Shown here: piece after piece, positions 1 to 6,891 of the stretch
Layout of the letters: every line of letters starts with the position of its first letter
Position numbering within the stretch: the stretch's first letter is position 1
Origin: an uncultured virus (IMG/VR IMGVR_UViG_3300033069_000856)
Lineage: Duplodnaviria > Heunggongvirae > Uroviricota > Caudoviricetes
Length of the DNA: 20,000 nucleotides
Virus record (IMG/VR): IMGVR_UViG_3300033069_000856
Strand: one strand, 5' to 3'
Position numbers and translations under genes: made by a program
The notes under the pieces: generated by a model
What the model was told of the DNA's origin: nothing
What the model saw: the letters and a program-made list of their open reading frames with translations, nothing else
Databases searched by the model: none

Positions 1-294
1 TTTAATCAACGGAAGATTAGGCCAGTGAGGGATACTTATGTGGTTGAAGAGGGATTTGCTGGGGCTGCCTACACAATGAAAGCCGAGTCAGCTCTGAGCA
101 AGCATTCTTGTGCTAAGCTTGAGGATTGGTGCAGACCTTACCATGTAGGTAGGTTAGATAGTACGTTTGATCCAGAGTGGTACACTCAGCGCTACCCAGA
201 GGCAACCAAGCTCTGGAAAGATTCGCTTGATCGAGATGAGACCATGGTACTCAGGAGACATTTCATTGAAAACACTTCAGTACACAAATTGTGA
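1..294 (+). CDS. Hypothetical protein, 5'-truncated by the window edge; probably a member of the small-ORF array
   Basis: Frame 1 is open from position 1 (FNQRKIRPVRDTY...) to TGA at 294 and overlaps the next gene start by 29 nt. The true start lies outside the window or at GTG 25. Confidence 0.6.
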   Translation, partial: FNQRKIRPVRDTYVVEEGFAGAAYTMKAESALSKHSCAKLEDWCRPYHVGRLDSTFDPEWYTQRYPEATKLWKDSLDRDETMVLRRHFIENTSVHKL

Positions 295-532
295 AGTCTT
301 GGACTGCAGCACCTCTGGTGGTTATCTGATATCGTATGGGCCTTATATACTTAATGCCTTGTGCACTCCGTGGAGAAAACTGAAATGGTATTCAGTCTTA
401 CGATATCAAGCATTAATATACCGCTTTAGAACACGCGATAGCCTTTATCAGAATGTGGATTGTCGATGCAAACCCAGAACTAAATTCAAGGATTTTGACT
501 TACTGATGGAGGTCTCTCATGAAAACACTTGA
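266..532 (+). CDS. MxTL-tag small protein, family A (88 aa, TTG start, MKTLQY...)
   Basis: TTG AAA ACA CTT at 266 with AGGAGA at 253-258. It lies inside track ORF 167..532. Contains L-x-x-L-x-x-PW-RK like the downstream paralogs. Confidence 0.75.
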   Translation: MKTLQYTNCEVLDCSTSGGYLISYGPYILNALCTPWRKLKWYSVLRYQALIYRFRTRDSLYQNVDCRCKPRTKFKDFDLLMEVSHENT

Positions 533-779
533 TTGGGTTAAGCTAGCCAATTCACGAAGAAGGTCTGAGGTCCAGCCGTACACCTATAGGGGTATAACTG
601 ACACACTCATATACCTAAGCAGTCGTTGGCGTAAAACTAAGTTTGACTGGCAGGATACTGACGTTAGGCTTAGTGCCGGAGAGCTCGGTAGATACTGGGT
701 CTTACCTTTGGACAAACGCTACAGGACTAAAGACTGGGATAGCGTTGCACTGTTCCCCTTATCGGTGGTCGTCAAATGA
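519..779 (+). CDS. MxTL-tag small protein, family A (86 aa, MKTLDW...)
   Basis: GGAGG upstream. Motifs LSSRWRK and LPLDKRY match family A. Confidence 0.85.
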   Translation: MKTLDWVKLANSRRRSEVQPYTYRGITDTLIYLSSRWRKTKFDWQDTDVRLSAGELGRYWVLPLDKRYRTKDWDSVALFPLSVVVK

Positions 780-1030
780 AAACACTGAACCTAACTGTCT
801 TATACAAACCTATCCCTAGTAACTACAGTCCAGCTTTAGCGTATAGCATAAAGCTCTGCCTAACCAGGATGTCGCAGCCATGGCATAAACGCTTAAAGAT
901 TTGGGACTCAAACGTAGTACGGTGGAGTAGGATCGGATTTACACGTATGTATGACCTTCCAGTTGATGATAGGTTCAAGTTCAAAGACTTCGTATCCCAA
1001 AAGGACTTTCTCATCCTGAAGTTCAAATGA
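776..1030 (+). CDS. MxTL-tag small protein, family A (84 aa, MKTLNL...)
   Basis: ATGA overlap with the previous stop. Motifs LTRMSQPWHK and GFTRMYDLPVDDRF. Confidence 0.85.
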   Translation: MKTLNLTVLYKPIPSNYSPALAYSIKLCLTRMSQPWHKRLKIWDSNVVRWSRIGFTRMYDLPVDDRFKFKDFVSQKDFLILKFK

Positions 1031-1290
1031 AAACACTCAATTTCGTTAAATTAGCCAAGAATGATATAGTCAGATTTTGCTCTGCCGATAATGAACTGGC
1101 AAATATACGCTGCATGCTATCTAGAATGTCAAGACCATGGCGTAAGCATTTGTACGTAGGTGAGGGTTCTAGTGTGTCTTGGCACAGAACTGGATTCGTG
1201 TATGTGTACGATTTGCCAGTGGATAATAGGTACAACGAACTAGATTACTTAACCGATTTACCGCTTGCCCTAACGATCAAAATCAAATGA
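1027..1290 (+). CDS. MxTL-tag small protein, family A (87 aa, MKTLNF...)
   Basis: ATGA overlap. Motifs LSRMSRPWRK and GFVYVYDLPVDNRY; clear paralog of 776..1030. Confidence 0.85.
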   Translation: MKTLNFVKLAKNDIVRFCSADNELANIRCMLSRMSRPWRKHLYVGEGSSVSWHRTGFVYVYDLPVDNRYNELDYLTDLPLALTIKIK

Positions 1291-1550
1291 GAACACTAGA
1301 CTGGCCTCAGTTAAACCCACCACCTCTTACATGGCGTGGCCTATCAGAGGTTGTTCTTAATGAACTAAATGATGCTTTGCACGTGCTTTCACTCCCATGG
1401 GCGTCATCAAAAACAGTTAATAACCACTGTACGATACACGGCAATCGTTATGGCTTTCTGAATATTTGGGATGCTCATCTGGATATGCGGTATAAGCCCA
1501 GGCCGTTCATGTCAGACAACGCACTCCAATTGTTGATAGAGGTTAAATGA
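1287..1550 (+). CDS. MxTL-tag small protein, family A (87 aa, MRTLDW...)
   Basis: ATGA overlap. Motifs LSLPW and GFLNIWDAHLDMRY. Confidence 0.85.
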   Translation: MRTLDWPQLNPPPLTWRGLSEVVLNELNDALHVLSLPWASSKTVNNHCTIHGNRYGFLNIWDAHLDMRYKPRPFMSDNALQLLIEVK

Positions 1551-1849
1551 AAACACTACGAGCCCAAAATCTCAGTTATGCAGAACAGAACTCAGCTAAG
1601 ACTTTACGGTTCTGCTTCAACATGATGACCGGTCTCCGGTACCTGGTGGTGGACCAGCACAAGCCTGGCTCCCTTAAAAGCCTTCCAAGGATGAATCCAA
1701 GAGCTGTAGTCAAGTTCAAGAAGGATAACGTAGAGTGCTCCCGCAGTTCTGCCCGTGGTAAGGAAGAGCAGGCCAAGGAAGGGCACCACTGGTCAAGGCC
1801 CATCTACGGGGCCTTCTCGATTAACTCAGAACTTGACACCAGTATTTGA
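1547..1849 (+). CDS. MxTL-tag small basic protein (100 aa, MKTLRAQ...)
   Basis: ATGA overlap and GAGG upstream. The body is unrelated to family A and uses many C/G-ending codons. Confidence 0.75.
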   Translation: MKTLRAQNLSYAEQNSAKTLRFCFNMMTGLRYLVVDQHKPGSLKSLPRMNPRAVVKFKKDNVECSRSSARGKEEQAKEGHHWSRPIYGAFSINSELDTSI

Positions 1850-1873
1850 CTTCTAAGCCAAACCAGGTAAACT
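1846..1873 (+). promoter_or_regulatory. Putative sigma70-type promoter (TTGACT-16 nt-TAAACT), probably driving a leaderless mRNA for 1880..2503
   Basis: TTGACT at 1846-1851 and TAAACT at 1868-1873. The ATG at 1880 sits at the expected +1 and has no SD sequence. Confidence 0.5.
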
Positions 1874-1879
1874 ACATAA

Positions 1880-2503
1880 ATGGCAACAATTACCCCTAAT
1901 ACTCAGTACCAGCCCGGATCAGTTCCTGGATTCGAGAGCTTCACAATGATCCCTACTAGCAAGTCAACCGCTACAGGGGATGATTTCTCTGGTTTGGCTA
2001 TGGGAGGGTACTCCCCCCATGAGGCCGCCCCTACCTTGGAATATGATGAAAATGGTAGGGCCTATGGGGTACGTGATCCCCAGACTGGGCGTATCTACAA
2101 CGTTTCTAATCTACCGCCCAATGTGACCAGCCAGGACCTCGCTAACTTCATTGCCAGCGTCCGGATGCCCCCTAAGGTACAAAGCGCCCCAGCGGTCTCT
2201 AATGCCCCCAGGAAGCAAGCTATGGAGAAGCCTAGAACCACCTCCAATATTGTCCTGAAGCTTAATGGTATTAAAGTCTCATTAGCGGTATTAGAGGGTA
2301 TTGTCAGCGATGACAGGACCAGCTTAATGCTGATATTCCCTTCCGAGAACGAACAACCAATTGAACTAGATAGACAGCTAGAGGGCCTTGTATTCGCCCT
2401 CCCCACCTGTAGCCTAGTGTGTAGCTACTACGGGCAGAAGTTCAACCTGAAGTCCGGTGACACTGCGGTTATCTTTTTGATCGACTCGATCCAGGATAGC
2501 TAA
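1880..2503 (+). CDS. Hypothetical phage protein (207 aa), no MxTL tag
   Basis: Long ORF with a Pro/Thr/Gly-rich N-terminal half and a beta-rich-looking C-terminal domain. It interrupts the small-ORF array. Confidence 0.8.
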   Translation: MATITPNTQYQPGSVPGFESFTMIPTSKSTATGDDFSGLAMGGYSPHEAAPTLEYDENGRAYGVRDPQTGRIYNVSNLPPNVTSQDLANFIASVRMPPKVQSAPAVSNAPRKQAMEKPRTTSNIVLKLNGIKVSLAVLEGIVSDDRTSLMLIFPSENEQPIELDRQLEGLVFALPTCSLVCSYYGQKFNLKSGDTAVIFLIDSIQDS

Positions 2504-2515
2504 AAGAAAGCACAA

Positions 2516-2776
2516 ATGAAAACACTGAAGAATCCCCGGTGGCTTCACCTGGGGATTTTGTGGCATTGTATTAAGAACTGGAAAGAGAGCGTTAAGAACC
2601 ATGGTATCCACACCTTCCTACAGTCGACCCACTTAATGGCTCTTGGCAGGAGGGTAGAGCTCCTAAATGACGTAGCCACCTTGTCGAGCTACCCTATGTT
2701 CTTCGGTAGTACTCCTAGTAATAACATATGTAGGAAGACTGAGATTAGGCGGAGGAAGTACCAATTCAAACGCTAA
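2516..2776 (+). CDS. MxTL-tag small protein (86 aa, MKTLKN...)
   Basis: caaATGAAAACACTG junction, as seen at the family A starts. Confidence 0.75.
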   Translation: MKTLKNPRWLHLGILWHCIKNWKESVKNHGIHTFLQSTHLMALGRRVELLNDVATLSSYPMFFGSTPSNNICRKTEIRRRKYQFKR

Positions 2777-3084
2777 AGTCTTCTGACGTGTTCATTACGC
2801 ACGAACCTTTTATAGACAATTACGATACTAGTTATTACCTTTCGCTGCTGTATGTTGAGCAGCAAGTAGACAAGTTTAAACTGAGGTGGGAGTGGTATGC
2901 TGTTACTGGTGCACGTATTAAGTTTGATAACGTGTTAAGAAGGGGAAAATGCTCGCTATTGTTCCAGCACCTATACACAGAAGAAGTCAAGGATAGAAAA
3001 GAAATGGGTATAGGCTGTGCCCTAGCCGACTGGCCCCATATCCCTAGCACACAAATCAAACTCTCAAGTAGGACATTCCTATGA
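2764..3084 (+). CDS. MxTL-tag small protein, family B (106 aa), probable non-canonical ATT start
   Basis: ATT CAA ACG CTA (I/M-Q-T-L) at 2764 is in frame with track start 2788, with GGAGG at 2751-2755. Paralog of 3081..3419 (LYVEQ-x-VDK, W-x-A-x-x-G-x-x-IK, WP). Confidence 0.75.
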   Translation: MQTLKSSDVFITHEPFIDNYDTSYYLSLLYVEQQVDKFKLRWEWYAVTGARIKFDNVLRRGKCSLLFQHLYTEEVKDRKEMGIGCALADWPHIPSTQIKLSSRTFL

Positions 3085-3419
3085 AAACACTACACACAAC
3101 TAATGTTCTTGTCATCAAAGACAAAGGCTCTCGGCCTCGGCAGCACTCTGCCCTTTCAAGGTTATACGTTGAACAGCCGGAGGTTGACAAGTATAAGGTA
3201 GGCTATACCTGGTTCGCTTCCTTAGGTGTGTCTATTAAGTTACGTGGGTGGGGCGGAGTAGCAGTTGGCATGCTACGAACTCAGTTATTCGTAGAAGAGA
3301 ATTACCCAGGTAGGCAGTTTGGGGCAGGGTCTGGAGTAGACAACTGGCCCCTAGTCTCTAATAACAGGGTTGACCTGAACTGGAACTTCTACAATGAACA
3401 CTTTACACCCGCTTACTAG
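3081..3419 (+). CDS. MxTL-tag small protein, family B (112 aa, MKTLHT...)
   Basis: ATGA overlap. Motifs LYVEQPEVDKYK, LFVEE and DNWP are shared with the upstream gene. Confidence 0.85.
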   Translation: MKTLHTTNVLVIKDKGSRPRQHSALSRLYVEQPEVDKYKVGYTWFASLGVSIKLRGWGGVAVGMLRTQLFVEENYPGRQFGAGSGVDNWPLVSNNRVDLNWNFYNEHFTPAY

Positions 3420-3615
3420 TGCATTGGCTGCGTTCTCATACCCACAGAAAAAGTACTATGCCAGGTATACCGTTACCCATCACAGGTACTACAAGCAATT
3501 CAAGCTTCTGCCAGCAAAGAGGCATTGGCGCTCGCAACTATATGGAGCCTCAATCACTCCAGTAATGTACGGGACAAAAATGCCAGAAGGTTGGAAAGAA
3601 AAATGGACACACTGA
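3394..3615 (+). CDS. MxTL-tag small basic protein (73 aa, MNTLHP...)
   Basis: ATG AAC ACT TTA; overlaps the previous gene by 26 nt. Confidence 0.7.
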   Translation: MNTLHPLTSALAAFSYPQKKYYARYTVTHHRYYKQFKLLPAKRHWRSQLYGASITPVMYGTKMPEGWKEKWTH

Positions 3616-3977
3616 AAAACAAAGACGACTACAGGTTAGCCAGGTTTAATGAGTTGTGCAAACCTGATTCAGATAGAGCGCGTACTGCTAGAGTGCATGC
3701 TCAATGTGACGTCAGTAAATGGTTCTGGCCTAAAACTAGCCCATTCTCTTTGGGAAGGTGTGGCCCTCTCGACCCGATTGCCCTTTCTTCCATATATAAC
3801 CCCGGGATAGCTGCAGTAATCACTGACCTGGACTTCTATGGGGCTAGCATCAAAGACGTTAAGACGCTTTATTACGTTGCTGTAGACACAGTAATTAACG
3901 CAGCTTCGTTAGATAAAGTGTTATGGCACGGCAAGGTAAGAATCACAATCTATAGCTCTAAATATAGAAGGGGCTAA
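3603..3977 (+). CDS. MxTL-tag small protein (124 aa, MDTLKN...)
   Basis: Internal ATG GAC ACA CTG at 3603 within track ORF 3525..3977; 13-nt overlap with the previous gene. Confidence 0.75.
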   Translation: MDTLKNKDDYRLARFNELCKPDSDRARTARVHAQCDVSKWFWPKTSPFSLGRCGPLDPIALSSIYNPGIAAVITDLDFYGASIKDVKTLYYVAVDTVINAASLDKVLWHGKVRITIYSSKYRRG

Positions 3978-3978
3978 A

Positions 3979-4236
3979 ATGGACTCAACTCTACAAGTAG
4001 ATTGGGATGAACTAGAGCTCAAGGACTTACCGTCAGTTGTACTTGCGAGAGGTACTTGGGATGGGGCATACGCATATAGAGTAACTACCAGGTTTTACAA
4101 CAAAAGTATGCCTATCCGCTCAGCAGCTTCACCCCATAAGTTTCGTTCATTTGTGCTAACTCTTGAGTCCACCCCATCATGGCTAAGTCCTTTGCCCTCT
4201 ATCTTCTATGCCTACAAACCGGAGTTACCCTGGTAA
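3979..4236 (+). CDS. Small protein with variant tag (85 aa, MDSTLQ...)
   Basis: Starts 2 nt after the previous stop, with AAGGGG upstream. The TL is shifted by one residue. Confidence 0.7.
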   Translation: MDSTLQVDWDELELKDLPSVVLARGTWDGAYAYRVTTRFYNKSMPIRSAASPHKFRSFVLTLESTPSWLSPLPSIFYAYKPELPW

Positions 4237-4511
4237 TGAAAACACTAAGAGCTCAAACGATTAAAGCAAGAACAGCTACACGACCCCCATTCTTAGGTCA
4301 CCACCATTACTTACAAACATGGGGAGCAAGGGCGGTAGTTGATCCAGCTGCTGCGACCGATGACAACATATGCCGTACTTGCCGAATTCGTAATGGCATC
4401 GCTGACATACTTCAAGAGGCTGCTGATTATTGCCATTTAGTTTGGGTTAGCCAAGAAGAGTGGCGTAGCTCTAATAGTATGGAGTTCATATGCAAACACT
4501 CAAACCGGTAG
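4236..4511 (+). CDS. MxTL-tag small protein (91 aa, MKTLRAQ...), CxxC
   Basis: TAATG overlap at 4234-4238. Contains CRTC. Confidence 0.75.
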   Translation: MKTLRAQTIKARTATRPPFLGHHHYLQTWGARAVVDPAAATDDNICRTCRIRNGIADILQEAADYCHLVWVSQEEWRSSNSMEFICKHSNR

Positions 4512-4708
4512 AAGACCTTTTAGTGGAAGAACTTGTGTTTCCTTGTGTATTACCCAAGAGAACTAAGACGCCGCTATGGCACGGCGATCTAGGTTATAGG
4601 GTACTAGAGCTTCAACGTAAAAATTGTGAGTGTGAAGTTTGTGCAGAAGCTGTAGGATTTTCTGACGTACTACACCTACTTAAAGTAGGGAAATATGAAA
4701 ACCCTTAG
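4490..4708 (+). CDS. MxTL-tag small protein (72 aa, MQTLKP...), CxCxxC
   Basis: GGAG upstream. Contains CECEVC. Confidence 0.75.
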   Translation: MQTLKPVEDLLVEELVFPCVLPKRTKTPLWHGDLGYRVLELQRKNCECEVCAEAVGFSDVLHLLKVGKYENP

Positions 4709-4964
4709 TAACACCATTCAACTAGATGTCTGTATACAAGATGATGCTCCGTTTACTTGGCATAAGATGAACACAAGACATAGCGTAGGTGAGAACTATA
4801 AGTCCTATTCTTATTCAATAACCATTAGGTCTGGTGGTTGCCAGTGTGGCCAATGTGTTCAAGAGAGGTACCTGATCTCTTTTCATCGTATTAAAGACCT
4901 GTATACACAAGGAGATCCTCATTACTCATTGCTTGCAGATCCATTACGCTTTGATGAGCTTTAG
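4695..4964 (+). CDS. MxTL-tag small protein (89 aa, MKTLSN...), CxCxxC
   Basis: Contains CQCGQC; 14-nt overlap with the previous gene. Confidence 0.75.
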   Translation: MKTLSNTIQLDVCIQDDAPFTWHKMNTRHSVGENYKSYSYSITIRSGGCQCGQCVQERYLISFHRIKDLYTQGDPHYSLLADPLRFDEL

Positions 4965-5169
4965 TCCTCCGAAGATAATAGATCGGCCATGGCTTATGAT
5001 CGGCGTACACATCACCAACTGGTACATGTGGTTAGAGAACCTAGGTGTTATCCAGTTCGCGTCAGGTGGCTCGGCCTACTTACCTACTATGGGTCGACAT
5101 TCAATCAGTGGTATTCGCCCTACTTACGGTTTCATAGATGAAAACCCTCAACTTCAATCTAAGCTTTGA
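4933..5169 (+). CDS. Small hypothetical protein without the tag (start uncertain: TTG 4933 or ATG 4954)
   Basis: Fills the gap between two tagged genes, overlapping both. Confidence 0.55.
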   Translation: MQIHYALMSFSPPKIIDRPWLMIGVHITNWYMWLENLGVIQFASGGSAYLPTMGRHSISGIRPTYGFIDENPQLQSKL

Positions 5170-5356
5170 TACTGACTTTAATGCCCATGCTGATATATTG
5201 CCTACTACTCCCAGTCTGTACAAGTGGTTCGCCTGGTCTAAGGTAGTGAAGTTCATACTCAAGTTTCCAAGTTCCACTAGTAATCTAGACCGCAGTGCTC
5301 GCCATGTTTTGCGTATACCAGCAATATACTACCCATTCAGTCCGTGGGAGGATTAA
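5138..5356 (+). CDS. MxTL-tag small protein (72 aa, MKTLNF...)
   Basis: ATG AAA ACC CTC start; its TAA overlaps the next ATG. Confidence 0.75.
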   Translation: MKTLNFNLSFDTDFNAHADILPTTPSLYKWFAWSKVVKFILKFPSSTSNLDRSARHVLRIPAIYYPFSPWED

Positions 5357-5565
5357 TGAAGACACTCCAAGACAGAAAACGATTGCTAGCTAAGAATGGG
5401 AAATATGGGGTATACACTTACCCGCATAAGACGCTTGTTCACTATAGTGTGATCAAGGGAGAGGCGCTCTGGAAGTTAGGGCGTAACTCCCATTCCAGTA
5501 AAATATCCTTTACCCAAGTACTCAAGGCATTTAAGCTATGGGAGCTAGTACGTGCAAACCCTTAA
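5356..5565 (+). CDS. MxTL-tag small basic protein (69 aa, MKTLQD...)
   Basis: TAATG overlap with GGAGG upstream; internal start in track ORF 5344..5565. Confidence 0.75.
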   Translation: MKTLQDRKRLLAKNGKYGVYTYPHKTLVHYSVIKGEALWKLGRNSHSSKISFTQVLKAFKLWELVRANP

Positions 5566-5806
5566 AGACATCTCGATTATTGGCATCATGAACTTCAAGT
5601 GCAGGCAGTTTACGGCCCCAGAATTGGCGCATGAGGACAGCATCATTTATCCTTGGGGCATTAAGATACTAACTCGTGAAGGTCTCTGCTACTTCTTTGA
5701 CAAATATGACGACCGTAAAAAGGTACGCTCGGAGGCGGGCATCACCTACAAGTCAGCCCTGCGGTGCATCCGGTGCCTGCACTTGTTGAAGAAGGTAAAG
5801 CTGTGA
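5552..5806 (+). CDS. MxTL-tag small protein (84 aa, GTG start, MQTLKD...)
   Basis: GTG CAA ACC CTT with GGGAG upstream. Confidence 0.75.
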   Translation: MQTLKDISIIGIMNFKCRQFTAPELAHEDSIIYPWGIKILTREGLCYFFDKYDDRKKVRSEAGITYKSALRCIRCLHLLKKVKL

Positions 5807-6075
5807 GGACTCTAGACTGTATTGGTATCGATTTCAGCTTTAACCCAGATTTCATGATGGCACAATACTATACAAGTGATTTTGGTGTGGAGGCTGGTAT
5901 ACATATTTACGCATCCGCGCTCTGGGTTGAGTTCTCTACTGTCCCAATTGAGATATTTGCCTTTGTTTGGAGAAAGCTAAATGCACACACTAGAACACCA
6001 CTCCCAGATCATTACCGAGACGTTCCAAGCTCAGTACATCCCGTCATTAGACGGCAGGAGGAGTTGGATCGGTGA
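5803..6075 (+). CDS. MxTL-tag small protein (90 aa, GTG start, MRTLDC...)
   Basis: GTGA overlap with the previous stop; GTG AGG ACT CTA with AAGGT upstream. Confidence 0.7.
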   Translation: MRTLDCIGIDFSFNPDFMMAQYYTSDFGVEAGIHIYASALWVEFSTVPIEIFAFVWRKLNAHTRTPLPDHYRDVPSSVHPVIRRQEELDR

Positions 6076-6127
6076 CTACTGGGTACTCCCAGATGTGACT
6101 TAACTTAGGTACGAAGCCGAGGTAGGT

Positions 6128-6277
6128 ATGTACTTCAAGAAGAAGGTGTTTGTACCCCCTGGTGAGTTTCATGGGTTGGAGTACAACACACTACACTCCA
6201 GGACCAACTTTCTTAACCCAACATCCATCCCGCACTATCGTTGGGTGCATGTCTACATGGAGGCGTACAAATGGTAA
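6128..6277 (+). CDS. Small untagged ORF (49 aa, MYFKKKVFVPPGEF...YKW), absent from the ORF track; possibly the remnant of a damaged array unit
   Basis: ATG at 6128 preceded by GAGGTAGGT; TAA at 6275-6277 overlaps the next start. It fills the only gap in this part of the array. Confidence 0.5.
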   Translation: MYFKKKVFVPPGEFHGLEYNTLHSRTNFLNPTSIPHYRWVHVYMEAYKW

Positions 6278-6603
6278 CTCTTGACTTGACCCAGTTCCCA
6301 GAGCAGTTACCTAATATCCCAGAGCTAGAGAAGGCCCGCAAGCCGTGGGTGTTCACCAACATATGCGGTCTTTACTCTACAGACCTACTGATAGAGCTTC
6401 TTCTATACCACTATGCCCTAGGTATGTACGTTAACCCCAATAGTAACTATGTACTGGCAGAGAGGTCGGCCAGGAGACATATGCATAGGCTTTATTTCTC
6501 TCAGTCTTACTTTACCTTCGGACAAGTGAACAAAGCCGTCTACCTGATATTCCGTATCCCTGTGCTGGAAAAGGTGGATATTGCCCTGACTGGTCTAATA
6601 TAG
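6271..6603 (+). CDS. MxTL-tag small protein (110 aa, MVTLDL...), family C-like
   Basis: ATG GTA ACT CTT at 6271 with GGAGG at 6259-6263. Motif KPW...DLLIELL. Confidence 0.75.
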   Translation: MVTLDLTQFPEQLPNIPELEKARKPWVFTNICGLYSTDLLIELLLYHYALGMYVNPNSNYVLAERSARRHMHRLYFSQSYFTFGQVNKAVYLIFRIPVLEKVDIALTGLI

Positions 6604-6636
6604 GGCTAATCCAAGCCTGCATAAACCAAGCTAATT

Positions 6637-6661
6637 TGTTAAAATAGGGGTGACCCTATTT
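6637..6661 (+). promoter_or_regulatory. Extended -10-like element (TGtTAAAAT) overlapping an 8-bp inverted repeat with a GTGA loop
   Basis: TG-T-TAAAAT at 6637-6645; AAATAGGG (6642-6649), GTGA, CCCTATTT (6654-6661); immediately before the AAGGA RBS of 6673..6819. Confidence 0.45.
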
Positions 6662-6672
6662 AAAGGAAAACT

Positions 6673-6819
6673 ATGAATACGAACATCAATCAATTTGAGA
6701 AGAATGGCGAATCTCCCCGTTGCAACTGTAAGTGCGCCTGCAGCACTCCTAAGGAGATGCTAGCTAAGAAGGCGGAGGAAGCCAAGAAGGCCGCTGGAAG
6801 TGCTTCGACACCCAAGTAA
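6673..6819 (+). CDS. 48-aa Cys-cluster peptide (MNTNINQFEKNGESPRCNCKCACSTPKEMLAKKAEEAKKAAGSASTPK), absent from the ORF track
   Basis: AAGGA RBS, ATG at 6673, TAA at 6817-6819. Uses AAG/GAG/GCC codons like the structural genes. Contains CxCxCxC. Confidence 0.7.
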   Translation: MNTNINQFEKNGESPRCNCKCACSTPKEMLAKKAEEAKKAAGSASTPK

Positions 6820-6822
6820 AAC

Positions 6823-6865
6823 AATCGCGATTAGCTCTAGAGCTGATTAGCGTTTGCCTAGAGCT
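6823..6865. repeat. Adjacent palindromes AATCGCGATT and AGCTCTAGAGCT plus a second CTAGAGCT copy
   Basis: Perfect palindromes at 6823-6832 and 6833-6844; CTAGAGCT recurs at 6858-6865. Intergenic. Confidence 0.55.
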
Positions 6866-6891
6866 TTAACCCCTATAACCTAAGGAATGGT

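Noticed and set aside
519..2530. The recurring ATGAAAACACT as a CRISPR or other non-coding repeat array
   Set aside because: The repeat is only about 11 nt, degenerate at synonymous positions, and separated by about 250-nt open reading frames. No cas genes are present.
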